DNA from: Dehalococcoidia bacterium | GTDB lineage: Bacteria; Chloroflexota; Dehalococcoidia; Lucifugimonadales; G963668185 | Reading direction: 5' to 3' | Length of the DNA stretch: 64,000 nucleotides | NCBI GenBank assembly: GCA_963668185.1 | Contig: OY764162.1 | Coordinates: 916,754 to 980,753, forward strand | In this document: positions 17,344 through 27,821 of the stretch, piece after piece | Position numbering within the stretch: position 1 is the first letter of the stretch | Layout: the number at the start of each line of letters is the position of its first letter | Notes under the pieces: model-generated | What the model saw: the letters and a program-made list of their open reading frames with translations, nothing else | Database searches by the model: none | Told to the model about the DNA's origin: nothing | Program-made: the position numbers and the translations under genes

Positions 17344-18093
17344 ATGAGCCAGCTTCCCAGAGTGACCGTTTGGAATGAGAACCGGCATGAGAAGGAGGAC
17401 GCGGACGTCATCGCGGTCTACCCCGACGGCATGCACGCTCCAATTGCCAGGCATCTTGGAGACCGGGGATTTTCAGTGAAGGTGGCGACGCTGGACGAAC
17501 CGGAGCACGGTCTCACGGAAGAAGTGCTCGCAGAGACTGACGTGTTGACCTGGTGGGGGCACAAGGCCCACCGGGAGGTAAATGACGAAATCGTGGAGCG
17601 CGTGTACCAGCGCGTCCTGGACGGGATGGGACTCGTGCCGCTGCACTCAAGCCATTTCTCCAAGATCTTCAAGAAGCTGATGGGAACCAGCTGCGGGCTT
17701 TACGTCCGTGAGATTGGCGAAAAGGAACGCGTCTGGGTCGTTAATCCGGGCCATCCGATCGCCAAGGGGCTTGGAGAGTATTTCGAAATCCCTCATACGG
17801 AGATGTACGGTGAGCCGTTCGACATACCTGAGCCGGACTCGCTCGTCTTCGTGAGTTGGTTCGCCGGGGGCGAGGTGTTCCGTAGCGGGTGCTGCTACAA
17901 GAGAGGGCGCGGGAAGGTGTTTTACTTCAAGCCGGGTCACGAGACGTACCCGATCTTCTACCAGACCGAGGTGCTTCGCGTGATCGAGAACGCGGTCCTG
18001 TGGGCCGCGCCGGATGACGGCATCGACGACCGGCCGGACCGCACGACGGCCAGGGGGATTCACCGCTACGATCCCCTCGAAGACATTCGCTAG
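17344..18093 (+). CDS. ThuA-domain (trehalose-utilisation-like) protein
   Basis: 249 aa. '[10 protein letters not shown]...YPDGMH..IA..L', '[11 protein letters not shown]' and '[10 protein letters not shown]' are typical of ThuA-like class-I glutamine-amidotransferase-fold proteins. Confidence 0.75.
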   Translation: MSQLPRVTVWNENRHEKEDADVIAVYPDGMHAPIARHLGDRGFSVKVATLDEPEHGLTEEVLAETDVLTWWGHKAHREVNDEIVERVYQRVLDGMGLVPLHSSHFSKIFKKLMGTSCGLYVREIGEKERVWVVNPGHPIAKGLGEYFEIPHTEMYGEPFDIPEPDSLVFVSWFAGGEVFRSGCCYKRGRGKVFYFKPGHETYPIFYQTEVLRVIENAVLWAAPDDGIDDRPDRTTARGIHRYDPLEDIR

Positions 18094-18143
18094 AACTGAG
18101 GCAACGAGGCCGGACTTACTTGCAGACGGACGAGGAACACTGA

Positions 18144-19301
18144 ATGGACAGGAAGCTGAAGATGGGAATGGTGGGCGGCGGGCGGGACGCGTTCATCGGC
18201 CCGGTCCACCGCATGGCGGCGCAGCTTGACAACAGGATCGAACTGGTCTGCGGCGCGTTCAGCAGCGCTCCGGAGAAGTCGAGACTGAGCGGCAGAGACC
18301 TGTACCTGCACCCGGACCGGGTGTACGGACACTACGATGAGATGTTTCGCGGCGAGTCCGCCCTGCCCGACGGCGAGCGGATGGACTTCGTCGCCATCGT
18401 TACGCCCAACGACGTCCACTACCCTGTCGCGCTCGCCGCTCTCGACGCTGGGTTCCACGTAGTCTGCGACAAGCCGATGACAACGACGCTGGACGAGGCG
18501 AGAGAACTGGAGCGCAGGGTGGGAGAAGCAGGAAAGCTCTTCTGCCTCACGCACAACTACACCGGCTATCCGATGGTGAAGGAGGCGCGCGACTTTGCGA
18601 AAGGCGGAGAGCTTGGCGCCATCCGTCGGATTGTCGTTGAGTACCCGCAGGGCTGGCTCGCCACGAGGCTGGAGACCGAGGGCATGAAGCAGGCCGAGTG
18701 GCGAACCGACCCTGCCCGGGCCGGCGCTTCATCGTGCATGGGGGATATCGGCACGCACTGCGAGAACCTGGCGGAGTACGTCGCCGGCCTCCGCATCACA
18801 GAGATGTGCGCCGACCTGACAACGTTCGTGGAGGGCCGCGAACTCGATGACGACGGCAGCGTCCTGCTTAGATTCGAACGCGGCGCGCGCGGCGTGTTGT
18901 GGGCCAGCCAGGTCGCGGTGGGAGAGGAAAACGGCCTGCGGTTGCGGATATACGGCGAAACGGGCGGGATAGAGTGGCGGCAGCTTGAGCCGAACACGCT
19001 TGTCGTCCACAGGCCGGACGGCCCCACGGAGATCAGGCGCACCGCCACCCCGTTTGTTGGGGCGGCGGCGTCCGGCAGCGTCCGATTGCCGGCAGGCCAT
19101 CCCGAGGGCTTCATCGAGGCGTTCGCGAACATCTACAACGCCTTCGCGGACGCGCTGACCGATGTGCTGGGAGGAAAAGAGGTGGACGAAGATGAGTACG
19201 ATTATCCCAACGTGCGCGACGGCGTCCGCGGCATGGCGTTCCTGGATGCGGTTGTGCGAAGCGGCGAAAGCGACGAAAAGTGGGTGCGGCTTCCGCAGTA
19301 G
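18144..19301 (+). CDS. Gfo/Idh/MocA-family oxidoreductase
   Basis: 'LKMGMVGGGRDAFIGPVH', 'HVVCDKPM' and 'CLTHNYTGYPM' match the large-type Gfo/Idh/MocA pattern. Confidence 0.8.
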   Translation: MDRKLKMGMVGGGRDAFIGPVHRMAAQLDNRIELVCGAFSSAPEKSRLSGRDLYLHPDRVYGHYDEMFRGESALPDGERMDFVAIVTPNDVHYPVALAALDAGFHVVCDKPMTTTLDEARELERRVGEAGKLFCLTHNYTGYPMVKEARDFAKGGELGAIRRIVVEYPQGWLATRLETEGMKQAEWRTDPARAGASSCMGDIGTHCENLAEYVAGLRITEMCADLTTFVEGRELDDDGSVLLRFERGARGVLWASQVAVGEENGLRLRIYGETGGIEWRQLEPNTLVVHRPDGPTEIRRTATPFVGAAASGSVRLPAGHPEGFIEAFANIYNAFADALTDVLGGKEVDEDEYDYPNVRDGVRGMAFLDAVVRSGESDEKWVRLPQ

Positions 19302-19328
19302 CGGGGCCGAAGAACCACAAGGAGGAAG

Positions 19329-20327
19329 GTGCATATGACGAGGCCGGTCACGCTGTTTACCGGGCAGTTCGCGGACATCCCCCTGGCCGAGCTTGCTCCC
19401 AGGGCGGCCGGGTGGGGCTACGACGGACTGGAGCTTGCTTGCTGGGGCGACCACCTGGACGTTGAGCGGGCGGCTGTGGATCAGGACTATGCGGAGGGGC
19501 GGAAGGCGCTGCTGGCGGAGCACGGTCTCAAGCTGTTCGCGATCAGCAACCATCTGGCCGGACAACTAGTCTGCGATCCCAATGACGACGCCCGGACCGA
19601 CACGTTCGCGCCGGCGCATGTCCACGGCGACGCTGACGCAAAGCGAGCATGGGCTGTCGAAGCCATGAAGAACACCGCCAAGACGGCCCGAAACCTGGGT
19701 CTGGACGTTGTCAACGGCTTCACCGGATCATCCATCTGGCACATGCTCTACAGCTTCCCGCCGGTAAGCTCCACGACGATTGACGAGGGCTTCGCCTACT
19801 TTGCCGAAATGTGGAACCCGATCCTGGACGTGTTCGATGAGTGCGGCGTGAAGTTCGCACTCGAAGTACACCCGACGGAGATCGCGTTCGACATTGTGAC
19901 TTCGCGCCGGGCGTTGGAGGCGGTCGATCACAGGGAAGCGTTCGGTTTCAACTTCGATCCGAGCCACCTGTACTGGCAGATGGTCAGCCCGACAAGGTTC
20001 CTGAAAGCTTTCCCGGACCGGATCTACCACACCCACATAAAGGACGCCGCGCTCACGCTGGACGGGGACTCGGGGATCCTGTCCTCGCACCTCAACTTCG
20101 GCGAGCCGGGCCGGGGCTGGGACTTCCGCACGCCAGGCCGGGGAGGGATAGACTTCGAGGACATCATACGGACGCTCAACGCGATCGGTTACGAAGGGCC
20201 GCTCTCGGTCGAATGGGAGGACGCGGCGATGGACCGGGAGTTTGGCGCGGCCGAGGGCTGCCGGTTTGTGAAGTCGCTTGAGTTCCCACCGTCCGACCGC
20301 GTCTTCGACGAAGCGTTCGGCGAGTAG
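19329..20327 (+). CDS. Sugar phosphate isomerase/epimerase (xylose-isomerase-like TIM barrel)
   Basis: 332 aa. 'GYDGLELACWGDH', 'ALEVHPTEIAFD' and 'IYHTHIKD' match the AP-endonuclease-2/xylose isomerase-like TIM barrel pattern. Confidence 0.8.
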   Translation: MHMTRPVTLFTGQFADIPLAELAPRAAGWGYDGLELACWGDHLDVERAAVDQDYAEGRKALLAEHGLKLFAISNHLAGQLVCDPNDDARTDTFAPAHVHGDADAKRAWAVEAMKNTAKTARNLGLDVVNGFTGSSIWHMLYSFPPVSSTTIDEGFAYFAEMWNPILDVFDECGVKFALEVHPTEIAFDIVTSRRALEAVDHREAFGFNFDPSHLYWQMVSPTRFLKAFPDRIYHTHIKDAALTLDGDSGILSSHLNFGEPGRGWDFRTPGRGGIDFEDIIRTLNAIGYEGPLSVEWEDAAMDREFGAAEGCRFVKSLEFPPSDRVFDEAFGE

Positions 20328-20334
20328 TTGTCCT

Positions 20335-20448
20335 GCAACTGTTCAGACTTGCTGAGTCTCTACAGTCCCTTCCCCAGTCTGCTGGGGAAGGTTAGGATGG
20401 GGTCATGGGGCGAGGTGCGGGGCCGCCCCCTCAACTCTGAACACTTGC
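20335..20448. mobile_element. MITE-like element, copy 2
   Basis: Ends GCAACTGTTCAGA ... CTGAACACTTGC. The interior carries cccttccccagtctgctggggaaggttaggatgggg. Confidence 0.55.
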
Positions 20449-20495
20449 GTTGTCCTTCCGGGCGTCGTCGTCTGAGCGGCGCGCGTCCTTCGGCC

Positions 20496-21329
20496 TTAGT
20501 CCAGCGCCACGTTGTCGATCAGGCGGGTCTTCCCCACCCTTACCGCGATGGCAACCACAGCATGACGCCGGAGAGTATCGACCTCCTCGAAGGTGTCGGG
20601 GTCCACGACGCTGACGTAGTCGACGCTGACGCCCTCCTGGGCATCTATGAGGCGCAGCATCTCTGCCTTGACTCGGGCCGGATCCGAAATGCCCTCAGCC
20701 CATAGCTTCTGAGCCAGGCGCAGCGCCGCGTGGAGTGCCCGCGCGGACTCGCGTTCACCGGCGCTTAGGCGTTGGTTGCGGCTGCTGAGTGCCAGGCCGT
20801 CCGGATCTCGAACGGTTGGCACGGCTACGATGTCGGCTCCGAGGTTCAGATCAGCGTTGAGGCGCCGAACGACTGCGCACTGCTGAGCGTCCTTCTGGCC
20901 GAAGTACGCGCGGTCAGGACGCACTATCGCCAGCAGCTTGCACACGACCGTGGCCACGCCCGCGAAGTGGCCGGGCCGCGAGGCGCCCTCAAGCCGCTCG
21001 GCCACTGCCCCCACGCTGATGCTGGCGCTGAAGCCGGGCGGGTACACCTCCGCCGCCGAAGGTGTGAAGGCGATGTCCGTGCCGGACGCCGCAAACTGGG
21101 CGAGGTCTCGTTCCGCGTCCCGGGTGTACTCTTCGAAGTCGCCCTGATCGTCGAACTGCGTGGGGTTGACGAACAGGCTCGTCACCACGGTCGTATTCTC
21201 GCGCCGGGCCCTGTCCATCAGGGCGATGTGGCCCGCGTGAACGGCGCCCATCGTGGGCACGAGTCCGAGCGGCCTCGGCGCTGAGCTTGCGATTTCTCGC
21301 ATCTCCGCCACTGTGCGGACGACTCTCAA
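20496..21329 (-). CDS. panC: Pantoate--beta-alanine ligase
   Basis: 'LGLVPTMGAVHAGHIALM' (HxGH) and 'FGQKDAQQ' motifs. Confidence 0.92.
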   Translation of the reverse strand: MRVVRTVAEMREIASSAPRPLGLVPTMGAVHAGHIALMDRARRENTTVVTSLFVNPTQFDDQGDFEEYTRDAERDLAQFAASGTDIAFTPSAAEVYPPGFSASISVGAVAERLEGASRPGHFAGVATVVCKLLAIVRPDRAYFGQKDAQQCAVVRRLNADLNLGADIVAVPTVRDPDGLALSSRNQRLSAGERESARALHAALRLAQKLWAEGISDPARVKAEMLRLIDAQEGVSVDYVSVVDPDTFEEVDTLRRHAVVAIAVRVGKTRLIDNVALD

Positions 21330-22123
21330 CTGAAGCTCTCGGACTCCGTGGGAAAGGCTCCTGACTGCACGTCGGCTACGTACCGGGCAAGCGCATCGGT
21401 GGCGATGTCCGCCAGTTCGGCGTAGCGGCGGGCGTGCTTCGGGGCGAAGTCTGTGTAGAGGCCGAGCAGGTCATGCAGTACCTGCACCTGGCCGTCGCAG
21501 TGGGTGCCAGCGCCGATGCCAATCGTAGGGATAGCTGCCCTGGCCGTAACAGCCTGCGAGGTTATGGAGGTCACGCCCTCGAGAACAAGAGCGTATGCGC
21601 CCGCCTCTTCGAGCGCCAATGCGTCTCTTACCAACCGGGCTGCGGCGTCCTCAGTCCTGCCCTGGATGCGGTAGCCGCCGAGTTGGTTGACTGCCTGCGG
21701 CGTGAGACCGATGTGGCCCATCACGGGTATGCCGGCGCTGACGATCCGATCGACCGTTGCGGCGGCGTGTTCGCCCCCCTCGAGCTTGACGGACTGCGCC
21801 CCGCCCTCCTTGAGGAGCCGTCCGGCGTTGCGGACCGCCTCAGCCGTGTCGGCTTGGTAGCTCAGAAACGGGAGGTCGGCAACGATGTGGGCCTTGCGGG
21901 AACCTCTCACGACCGCCCGCACGTGGTGGATCATCTCATCCATGCTGACGGGCACGGTGGTCTCGTAGCCCAGAACCACCTGCCCCAAGCTGTCACCTAC
22001 CAGGATTATGGGGACGCCGGCGCTCTCGACTATCTGCGCCGAGGTGTAGTCGTACGCGGTCATCATGGCGATCTTCTCGCCACGTTGTTTCATCTGTTGG
22101 AGGCGTCTGGTTGTTGTGCGCAT
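21326..22123 (-). CDS. panB: 3-methyl-2-oxobutanoate hydroxymethyltransferase
   Basis: 'IAMMTAYDY', 'ILVGDSLG' and 'VKLEGG' are typical PanB motifs. The stop overlaps the panC start by 4 nt. Confidence 0.92.
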   Translation of the reverse strand: MRTTTRRLQQMKQRGEKIAMMTAYDYTSAQIVESAGVPIILVGDSLGQVVLGYETTVPVSMDEMIHHVRAVVRGSRKAHIVADLPFLSYQADTAEAVRNAGRLLKEGGAQSVKLEGGEHAAATVDRIVSAGIPVMGHIGLTPQAVNQLGGYRIQGRTEDAAARLVRDALALEEAGAYALVLEGVTSITSQAVTARAAIPTIGIGAGTHCDGQVQVLHDLLGLYTDFAPKHARRYAELADIATDALARYVADVQSGAFPTESESFS

Positions 22124-22353
22124 TAGGCTCTCTTCCGAGTCCGGTCACCTGTGGACGCCACGGACCATCCCGCAGCCGCGACGTGCCGAACTCTACCACA
22201 ATCGCGCTCGGCCAAAGAGCAGTCTGCGCGCGGCCTCTTGTGACAAATGGTGCAAAGCGCTCCAGGCAATACTATGATTGTCCGCCGAATCCTGGAATAT
22301 CCAGCGCCTCAGGGATGCCGGCAGGCTCTCGACTGGCGGGAACGTGAGGGCCT

Positions 22354-23373
22354 ATGTCACCGGCGCTGCTTTGGCTTCAGTTTGGCGCGATCGCCGTTGC
22401 CATTCTGATCGCGGCGCAGTTCATGGCGCGCTCCGCGGACGCCGTGGCCGAGAAGACTGGACTCGGACGTTCATTCGTCGGAGTAGTAATGCTGGCCACG
22501 GCCACTTCGCTTCCCGAGCTGGGCACGGGAATCAGCGCCATTGGCTTTGTCGACTCTCCTGACCTGGCCATTGGCGACGCGTTCGGAAGCAACCTGTTCA
22601 ACCTGATGATCATCGGGCTTGCCGACTTGTACTGGCGGAACGGGCCGCTGCTGACAGCCGTGCGGCTCACCTCTATCACGGTGGGAGCTTTGGGGGCGGG
22701 ACTCATCCTTCTGGCGGTCGGCGCGGTGTACTTCCACACCACGACCACCCTGATGTCATCCTGGTACGTAAGCCCACTGTCCGCCGCGCTGATAGTGGGT
22801 TTCCTAATCGCGATGATGCTCGTGTACAGGCAAGATAAGAGTGACCGGGAGAAGGACGAGGAAGAAAACGAGACGAGCAAAGAGTATGCCGACCAGAGCC
22901 TGAAGAAGGCAATCGGCATCTACATCGTCTCGGCTGGAGTTGTGGTTGCCGCCGCCGTGCTGCTGGCGGAGACCGGCTTTGAGATAGCCGAGGCGATGGA
23001 CTGGGAGGCGAGCTTCGTAGGAACGCAGTTCCTTGCTTTGAGCACTTCACTTCCGGAGATCGCGACTGCGTTCGCGGCGCTGCGGTTGAACGCGCCTGAC
23101 CTGGCCGTCACGAACCTGCTGGGCAGCAATGTGTTCAATATGGGCTTCATCCTCTTCGTGGATGACCTTGTGTTTACGGAGGGCGTTGTGTGGAACGCCG
23201 TGTCGCAGGTGCATGTCGTTGCTGGCCTCGTAGCCGTGTTAATGACCGGCGTGGTCATCGCGGGCGCGGCGCTCAGGCCGCGGGGCAGACTGGCTACGGT
23301 GTGGACGCCGGAGGGCATTGTCCTCGTGGCCTGCTACGTAGCCGGCAACGTGCTGGTCTTTGCCCTCGGTTAG
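22354..23373 (+). CDS. CaCA-family cation (Na+/Ca2+ or H+/Ca2+) exchanger membrane protein
   Basis: Polytopic hydrophobic protein with the two alpha-repeat signatures 'GDAFGSNLFNL' and 'NLLGSNVFNM', separated by an acidic cytoplasmic loop. Confidence 0.75.
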   Translation: MSPALLWLQFGAIAVAILIAAQFMARSADAVAEKTGLGRSFVGVVMLATATSLPELGTGISAIGFVDSPDLAIGDAFGSNLFNLMIIGLADLYWRNGPLLTAVRLTSITVGALGAGLILLAVGAVYFHTTTTLMSSWYVSPLSAALIVGFLIAMMLVYRQDKSDREKDEEENETSKEYADQSLKKAIGIYIVSAGVVVAAAVLLAETGFEIAEAMDWEASFVGTQFLALSTSLPEIATAFAALRLNAPDLAVTNLLGSNVFNMGFILFVDDLVFTEGVVWNAVSQVHVVAGLVAVLMTGVVIAGAALRPRGRLATVWTPEGIVLVACYVAGNVLVFALG

Positions 23374-23430
23374 ATCCGGCCGCGTAGATTGACCGCTCTG
23401 GCAGGTGATGCTAGTTTACGAAGCCAGATT

Positions 23431-25887
23431 ATGGACAGCAGGATTCCGCAACACGCAGAGATCGTCGTCATCGGTGCGGGCATCGTGGGATGCAGCGTCG
23501 CCTACCACCTTGCCGACGTGGGGTGGAAGGACGTTGTGGTGCTGGAGCGAAGCGCCATCGTCAGCGGAACGACCGCGCACTCCGCAGGACTGGTGACCCA
23601 ACTGCGGCATACCCGCGCACTGACAGACATCTCACGCTATGGCGTGCGCCTCTACGAAGAGCTCAAGAACGAGACCGGGGTGGACACAGGCTTCCGGCAG
23701 ACCGGCAGCATCAGCGTAGCCCGGACCCAGGCCCGCATGGACGAGCTTCGCCACATGATCTCGATGGCGAAGAGCTTCGGCGTGGAGATGAACGAGGTCA
23801 GCCTGGACGATGCGAAGAGGCTCCTGCCCCTGTTGAGCACGGAAGGGCTGGTTGGAGCCGTGCACCTGCCCAAGGACGGCGAGACAGTGCCGGACAGCAC
23901 CGCGAACGCGCTTGCCACGGGCGCCAGGAACCGTGGTGTGAAGATTGTCGAGAACACGCGCGTTACCGACATCCTCGCCCGCGACGGTGCGGTGTCAGGG
24001 GTCTCCACGTCGCGCGGCGACATCGAGTGCGAAGCGGTGGTCGTCTGTGCGGGCATGTGGTCCCGGGAGATCGGCCTTATGTGCGGAGTCCCCATTCCGC
24101 TTCATGCCGCCGATCACGCCTACTTCGTGACCGAAGAGGTGCCCGGCGCCGCGGATGACATGCCCTCGCTCCGTGACCCGGACGGGTGCATCTACGTCCG
24201 GCGGTACCCGTACGAGGGCGGAGGACTGCTGATCGGCGGCTTCGAGCCGGAGGCGGAACCCTGGGGGATGGAAGGCATACCGGACGACTTCTCCGTCCAC
24301 ATGCTCAACAGGGATTGGAGCCACTACAACGTCTTCATCGAGAATGCCCTGGAACGCGTTCCGGCGCTGTCGGAGACGGGAGTGCGATTCAGGCTGGTTG
24401 GCCCTGAGAGCTTCACTCCAGACACACGTTACATCATGGGAGAAGCCCCTGAGTTGCGAAACTTCTTCGTGGCCACTGGCTTCAATTCAAGCGGCGTGGC
24501 GTCTGCGGCCGGGGCGGGCAAGGCCATGGCTGAATGGATCACGGAGGGCGAGATGACGATAGACCTCTCCGAGGTGGACATCGCCCGCTTCCAGGGCTGG
24601 GCCAACAACCCGGCTTACCTCCGCGAGCGCGTCTCGGAGGTGTTGGGCCTGATTTATGCCATGCACTGGCCTCACAGGCAGCCGGAAACGGCTCGAAATG
24701 TTCGCCGCTCTCCCCTGCACGACCAACTGGCCTCGCGCGGCGCGTGCTTCGGGGTTGCCGCCGGGTGGGAGCGAGCCAACTGGTACGCCCCGGAGGGAGT
24801 TGAGCCCACTTACGAGTACTCGTGGGGACGGCAGAACTGGTTCCCACACTCGGCGCGAGAGCACATGGCCGTGAGGCAGGCTGTTGGCCTGTTCGACCAG
24901 ACCTCGTTCGCGAAGTTCCTGCTCCAGGGCCCCGACGCAGAGGCAGTCCTGCAACGAATCATGGCGAACGACGTTGCCGTGGATCCCGGCAGGCTCATCT
25001 ACACGGCAATGCTGAACGCGCGCGGCGGTATCGTGGCGGACTTGACGGTGAACCGGCTTTCGGAAGACGCGTACATGATTGTCACTTCTGCGGCGTCGAT
25101 CACCCGCGACCGCGCCTGGATCGAGAGACACATACCGGAGGACGCGAGAGCGACGCTCACCAATGTCTCGTCGTCGTATGCCGTACTGAGCGTAATGGGG
25201 CCGCGCTCAAGAGACCTGCTGTCGCGCCTGACGGATTCCGATCTGTCGAACGAGGCTTTCCCCTTCCTGACCTCCAGGGAGATCTACCTGGACTATGCGC
25301 CGGTGCGCGCTTGGCGGATTACCTATGTCGGCGAGTTGGGCTGGGAGCTTTACATCCCGAGCGAGTACGCCGCCAACGTGTACGAGTCGATAATCCGGGA
25401 GGGCGGCGAGTTCGGCTTGGCGCACGCGGGCTACCACGCCCTGGAGTCGCTTCGCTTAGAGAAAGCGTACCGAAGCTGGGGCCACGACATCTCCAGCGTG
25501 GACACACCATTGGAGGCCGGGCTAAGATTCGCGGTTGCATTCGACAAGTGTGTCGACTTCATCGGGAGAGACGCACTTCTACGGCAGAGAGAAGCGGGCG
25601 TTGAGAAGCGGTTGGCCGTCTTCGTGCTGGAAGACCCTGAGCCCCTGCTGCTGGGCGACGAACCCATCTACCGGGACGGCGCAATCGTAGGTCACACTAC
25701 TTCCGGGAACTACAGCCATGTGCTTGGACGCTCCATTGCGATGGGGTACCTCGAGAACGAAGAGGGCGCCACGCCGGGCTGGATACGCACCGGCTCGTAT
25801 GAGATCGAGGCCGCTACCGAACGCTATCCTGCCGGAGTGCGCCTGACCCCGCCCTATGATCCTAGGGGCGAGAGAATCAGGTCATAG
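23431..25887 (+). CDS. FAD-dependent oxidoreductase fused to a GcvT-like aminomethyltransferase domain (dimethylglycine/sarcosine dehydrogenase-like)
   Basis: 'IVVIGAGIVGCSVAYHL' dinucleotide fold, a DAO-type middle region and a C-terminal folate-binding GcvT-like part ('GELGWELY'). The ATG at 23431 is preferred over the track's TTG at 23389. Confidence 0.85.
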   Translation: MDSRIPQHAEIVVIGAGIVGCSVAYHLADVGWKDVVVLERSAIVSGTTAHSAGLVTQLRHTRALTDISRYGVRLYEELKNETGVDTGFRQTGSISVARTQARMDELRHMISMAKSFGVEMNEVSLDDAKRLLPLLSTEGLVGAVHLPKDGETVPDSTANALATGARNRGVKIVENTRVTDILARDGAVSGVSTSRGDIECEAVVVCAGMWSREIGLMCGVPIPLHAADHAYFVTEEVPGAADDMPSLRDPDGCIYVRRYPYEGGGLLIGGFEPEAEPWGMEGIPDDFSVHMLNRDWSHYNVFIENALERVPALSETGVRFRLVGPESFTPDTRYIMGEAPELRNFFVATGFNSSGVASAAGAGKAMAEWITEGEMTIDLSEVDIARFQGWANNPAYLRERVSEVLGLIYAMHWPHRQPETARNVRRSPLHDQLASRGACFGVAAGWERANWYAPEGVEPTYEYSWGRQNWFPHSAREHMAVRQAVGLFDQTSFAKFLLQGPDAEAVLQRIMANDVAVDPGRLIYTAMLNARGGIVADLTVNRLSEDAYMIVTSAASITRDRAWIERHIPEDARATLTNVSSSYAVLSVMGPRSRDLLSRLTDSDLSNEAFPFLTSREIYLDYAPVRAWRITYVGELGWELYIPSEYAANVYESIIREGGEFGLAHAGYHALESLRLEKAYRSWGHDISSVDTPLEAGLRFAVAFDKCVDFIGRDALLRQREAGVEKRLAVFVLEDPEPLLLGDEPIYRDGAIVGHTTSGNYSHVLGRSIAMGYLENEEGATPGWIRTGSYEIEAATERYPAGVRLTPPYDPRGERIRS

Positions 25888-25942
25888 CGCGACGCCGGGG
25901 CCCAATCCGATCTGAACGGCGAATCCATAAACTCGGGGAACG

Positions 25943-26770
25943 CTAGTGGAGTTCAATCGTGGAGAGGTCGATGCTGAACTCTGAGTATGCCTCCACAAAG
26001 TTATGGTCGAGGCCGTACTTGTGGAACTGGCCCACCAGGGTTTCTAGACCTGACAGGCTCAGGTTGGCGAAGTGCACGACGGCGCGCTCGTTCCCGTGCC
26101 CGCCGTTGTACAGGTTCCATTCCTGCGAGTCGGCAGTCTTCAATAGCAGCGTATAGCTGCCATCGGCGGGGTTCGCCCAACCTATGTCGATGCCTGCTGA
26201 GTTGACCTCGTAGCTTGCTCCGATTTCGGAGCCAGCGATCTGGTGTATCTCTGGGATCGCGAGATCAATCGAAGACAGGTCGATCGTGAACTCCGGATGT
26301 TCGAGCAAAACCCTACCGACGTCGTCATGTTCTATGAAATGGCCGATGAGTGTCTCCGTTCCTGAAAGGCTGAGGGACTCGTACTCCACCGAAGCGTAGT
26401 CCTCGCCGTGGCCCCCATAGTAGATGTTCCACTCGACCGAGTCCGCGGTCCTGAGCAGGAGGGAGTAGCTGCCGTTCTCCGGATTCGTCCACACTATGTC
26501 GAATCCGTTCAAGCCGACCTCGTAGAAGGCCCCGATGTCCGTGCCATCGATCAGATTTTCCGTGACCTCTTCAATAACAGGTTCGAGTGTTTCGACTTCA
26601 GTTGCTTCTTCGACTGCTATGGCAAGCTCTGGAGTCGCAGCGGGTTCCTGTTGGACGGGATCTGCGGTGGTCACAGATTCGTTGCCACAGGAGACAAGAA
26701 ACAGTGCGGCTGAGCAAGTGAGTATGGAGCAGACGACGGGACGGATGGCCTTGTAAAGCATCTTTCGCAT
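25943..26770 (-). CDS. Putative lipoprotein with two tandem ~95-aa repeats, function unknown
   Basis: Start set at 'MRKMLYKAIRPVVCSILTCSAALFLVSCG' (signal peptide plus lipobox LVSC). Repeats 'IGAFYEVGLNGFDIVWTNPENGSYSLLLRTADSVEWNIYYGGHG' and 'IGASYEVNSAGIDIGWANPADGSYTLLLKTADSQEWNLYNGGHG'. AT-richer than its surroundings. Confidence 0.6.
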   Translation of the reverse strand: MRKMLYKAIRPVVCSILTCSAALFLVSCGNESVTTADPVQQEPAATPELAIAVEEATEVETLEPVIEEVTENLIDGTDIGAFYEVGLNGFDIVWTNPENGSYSLLLRTADSVEWNIYYGGHGEDYASVEYESLSLSGTETLIGHFIEHDDVGRVLLEHPEFTIDLSSIDLAIPEIHQIAGSEIGASYEVNSAGIDIGWANPADGSYTLLLKTADSQEWNLYNGGHGNERAVVHFANLSLSGLETLVGQFHKYGLDHNFVEAYSEFSIDLSTIELH

Positions 26771-26960
26771 CGTATGACAGTCTCGATGGCTGAGGCCTAA
26801 CGTTAGTGCCGGGGACAGACCATGTACAAGGTTATTTAGGCCCCAACTCATCGAATTAACGAGATGGTGGGATGTCTTCTGCAGCCAGGTCTCGCATGCA
26901 TGATCGCAGGTAGCCTTGTTGCCATGATGGCCATACCCTCAAGGACGTAGAGCGCTTCGG

Positions 26961-27821
26961 CTATGCGAGACGGCCCGCGTCAACGCCTGTGCGCCGCTCC
27001 GGCCACCTATCGATCTCAACAGCCGAAAGGAAGTCGGCGACGGTACGATTGAACAGGTCCGGCTCCTCCAGATTGATGGCGTGCCCCGACTTCGGGAACA
27101 CTGCCATACCAGACTTGCGGATGCATCGCTTCATGAACACGCCTGGCTCGATGCAAGGATCGTCCTCGTCACCGAACATGATGAGCGTGGGTACGTCGAG
27201 GGCGCGAAGCTCCCGCTCCTGATCGAACACAGGCGCGCGCCTGGCCTGGAAGCCGCGGAATGTGAGCGCCGAGCCGGTGCTCGAATGCGACAGAAAATAG
27301 CCTGCGAACCGCTCCCAGCCAACCGGGTCCTTCTCCAGAAGCTGGATGCGTGTGGGGCCTCTTGCGTAATCGACCATGGACTGCATGCCGTGGGCCTCCA
27401 TCTGATCAGCAAACCGGTTCGCGGTCTGGCGGAATGCGACGGGATCGACAGAGCCCGTTCCCGCGCCCGCCACGATGAGCGATCGCGCCATCTCAGGATA
27501 CTTGATGCCGAAGTTGAGCGTGACGGCTCCGCCCATGGACAACCCGCCGATGTGCGCGCTCGATATGCCGAGGTGGTCCAGCAGGCCCTTCAGGTCTTCA
27601 ACCGCCCGTTCCTGGCTGTAGGCCTCCAACTCCTCCGGAACGTCCGACGGAGGGTATCCCCGGGCGTTGTATGTGATGACCCGGTACCTCCGCGAGAAGT
27701 ACGAGACCTGCTGTTCCCAGGAGCGGTAGTCGCCCGCGAACTCGTGGCACAGTACGAGCGGGAAGCCCTCCCCGTGTGACTCGTAGTAGATCGAGAGACC
27801 GTCGATTGTAGCTTTCGGCAT
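26961..27821 (-). CDS. Alpha/beta-fold hydrolase
   Basis: 286 aa. 'PLVLCHEF' and the nucleophile elbow 'IGGLSMGG', with a C-terminal 'SGHAINLEEP' catalytic His region. Confidence 0.8.
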   Translation of the reverse strand: MPKATIDGLSIYYESHGEGFPLVLCHEFAGDYRSWEQQVSYFSRRYRVITYNARGYPPSDVPEELEAYSQERAVEDLKGLLDHLGISSAHIGGLSMGGAVTLNFGIKYPEMARSLIVAGAGTGSVDPVAFRQTANRFADQMEAHGMQSMVDYARGPTRIQLLEKDPVGWERFAGYFLSHSSTGSALTFRGFQARRAPVFDQERELRALDVPTLIMFGDEDDPCIEPGVFMKRCIRKSGMAVFPKSGHAINLEEPDLFNRTVADFLSAVEIDRWPERRTGVDAGRLA

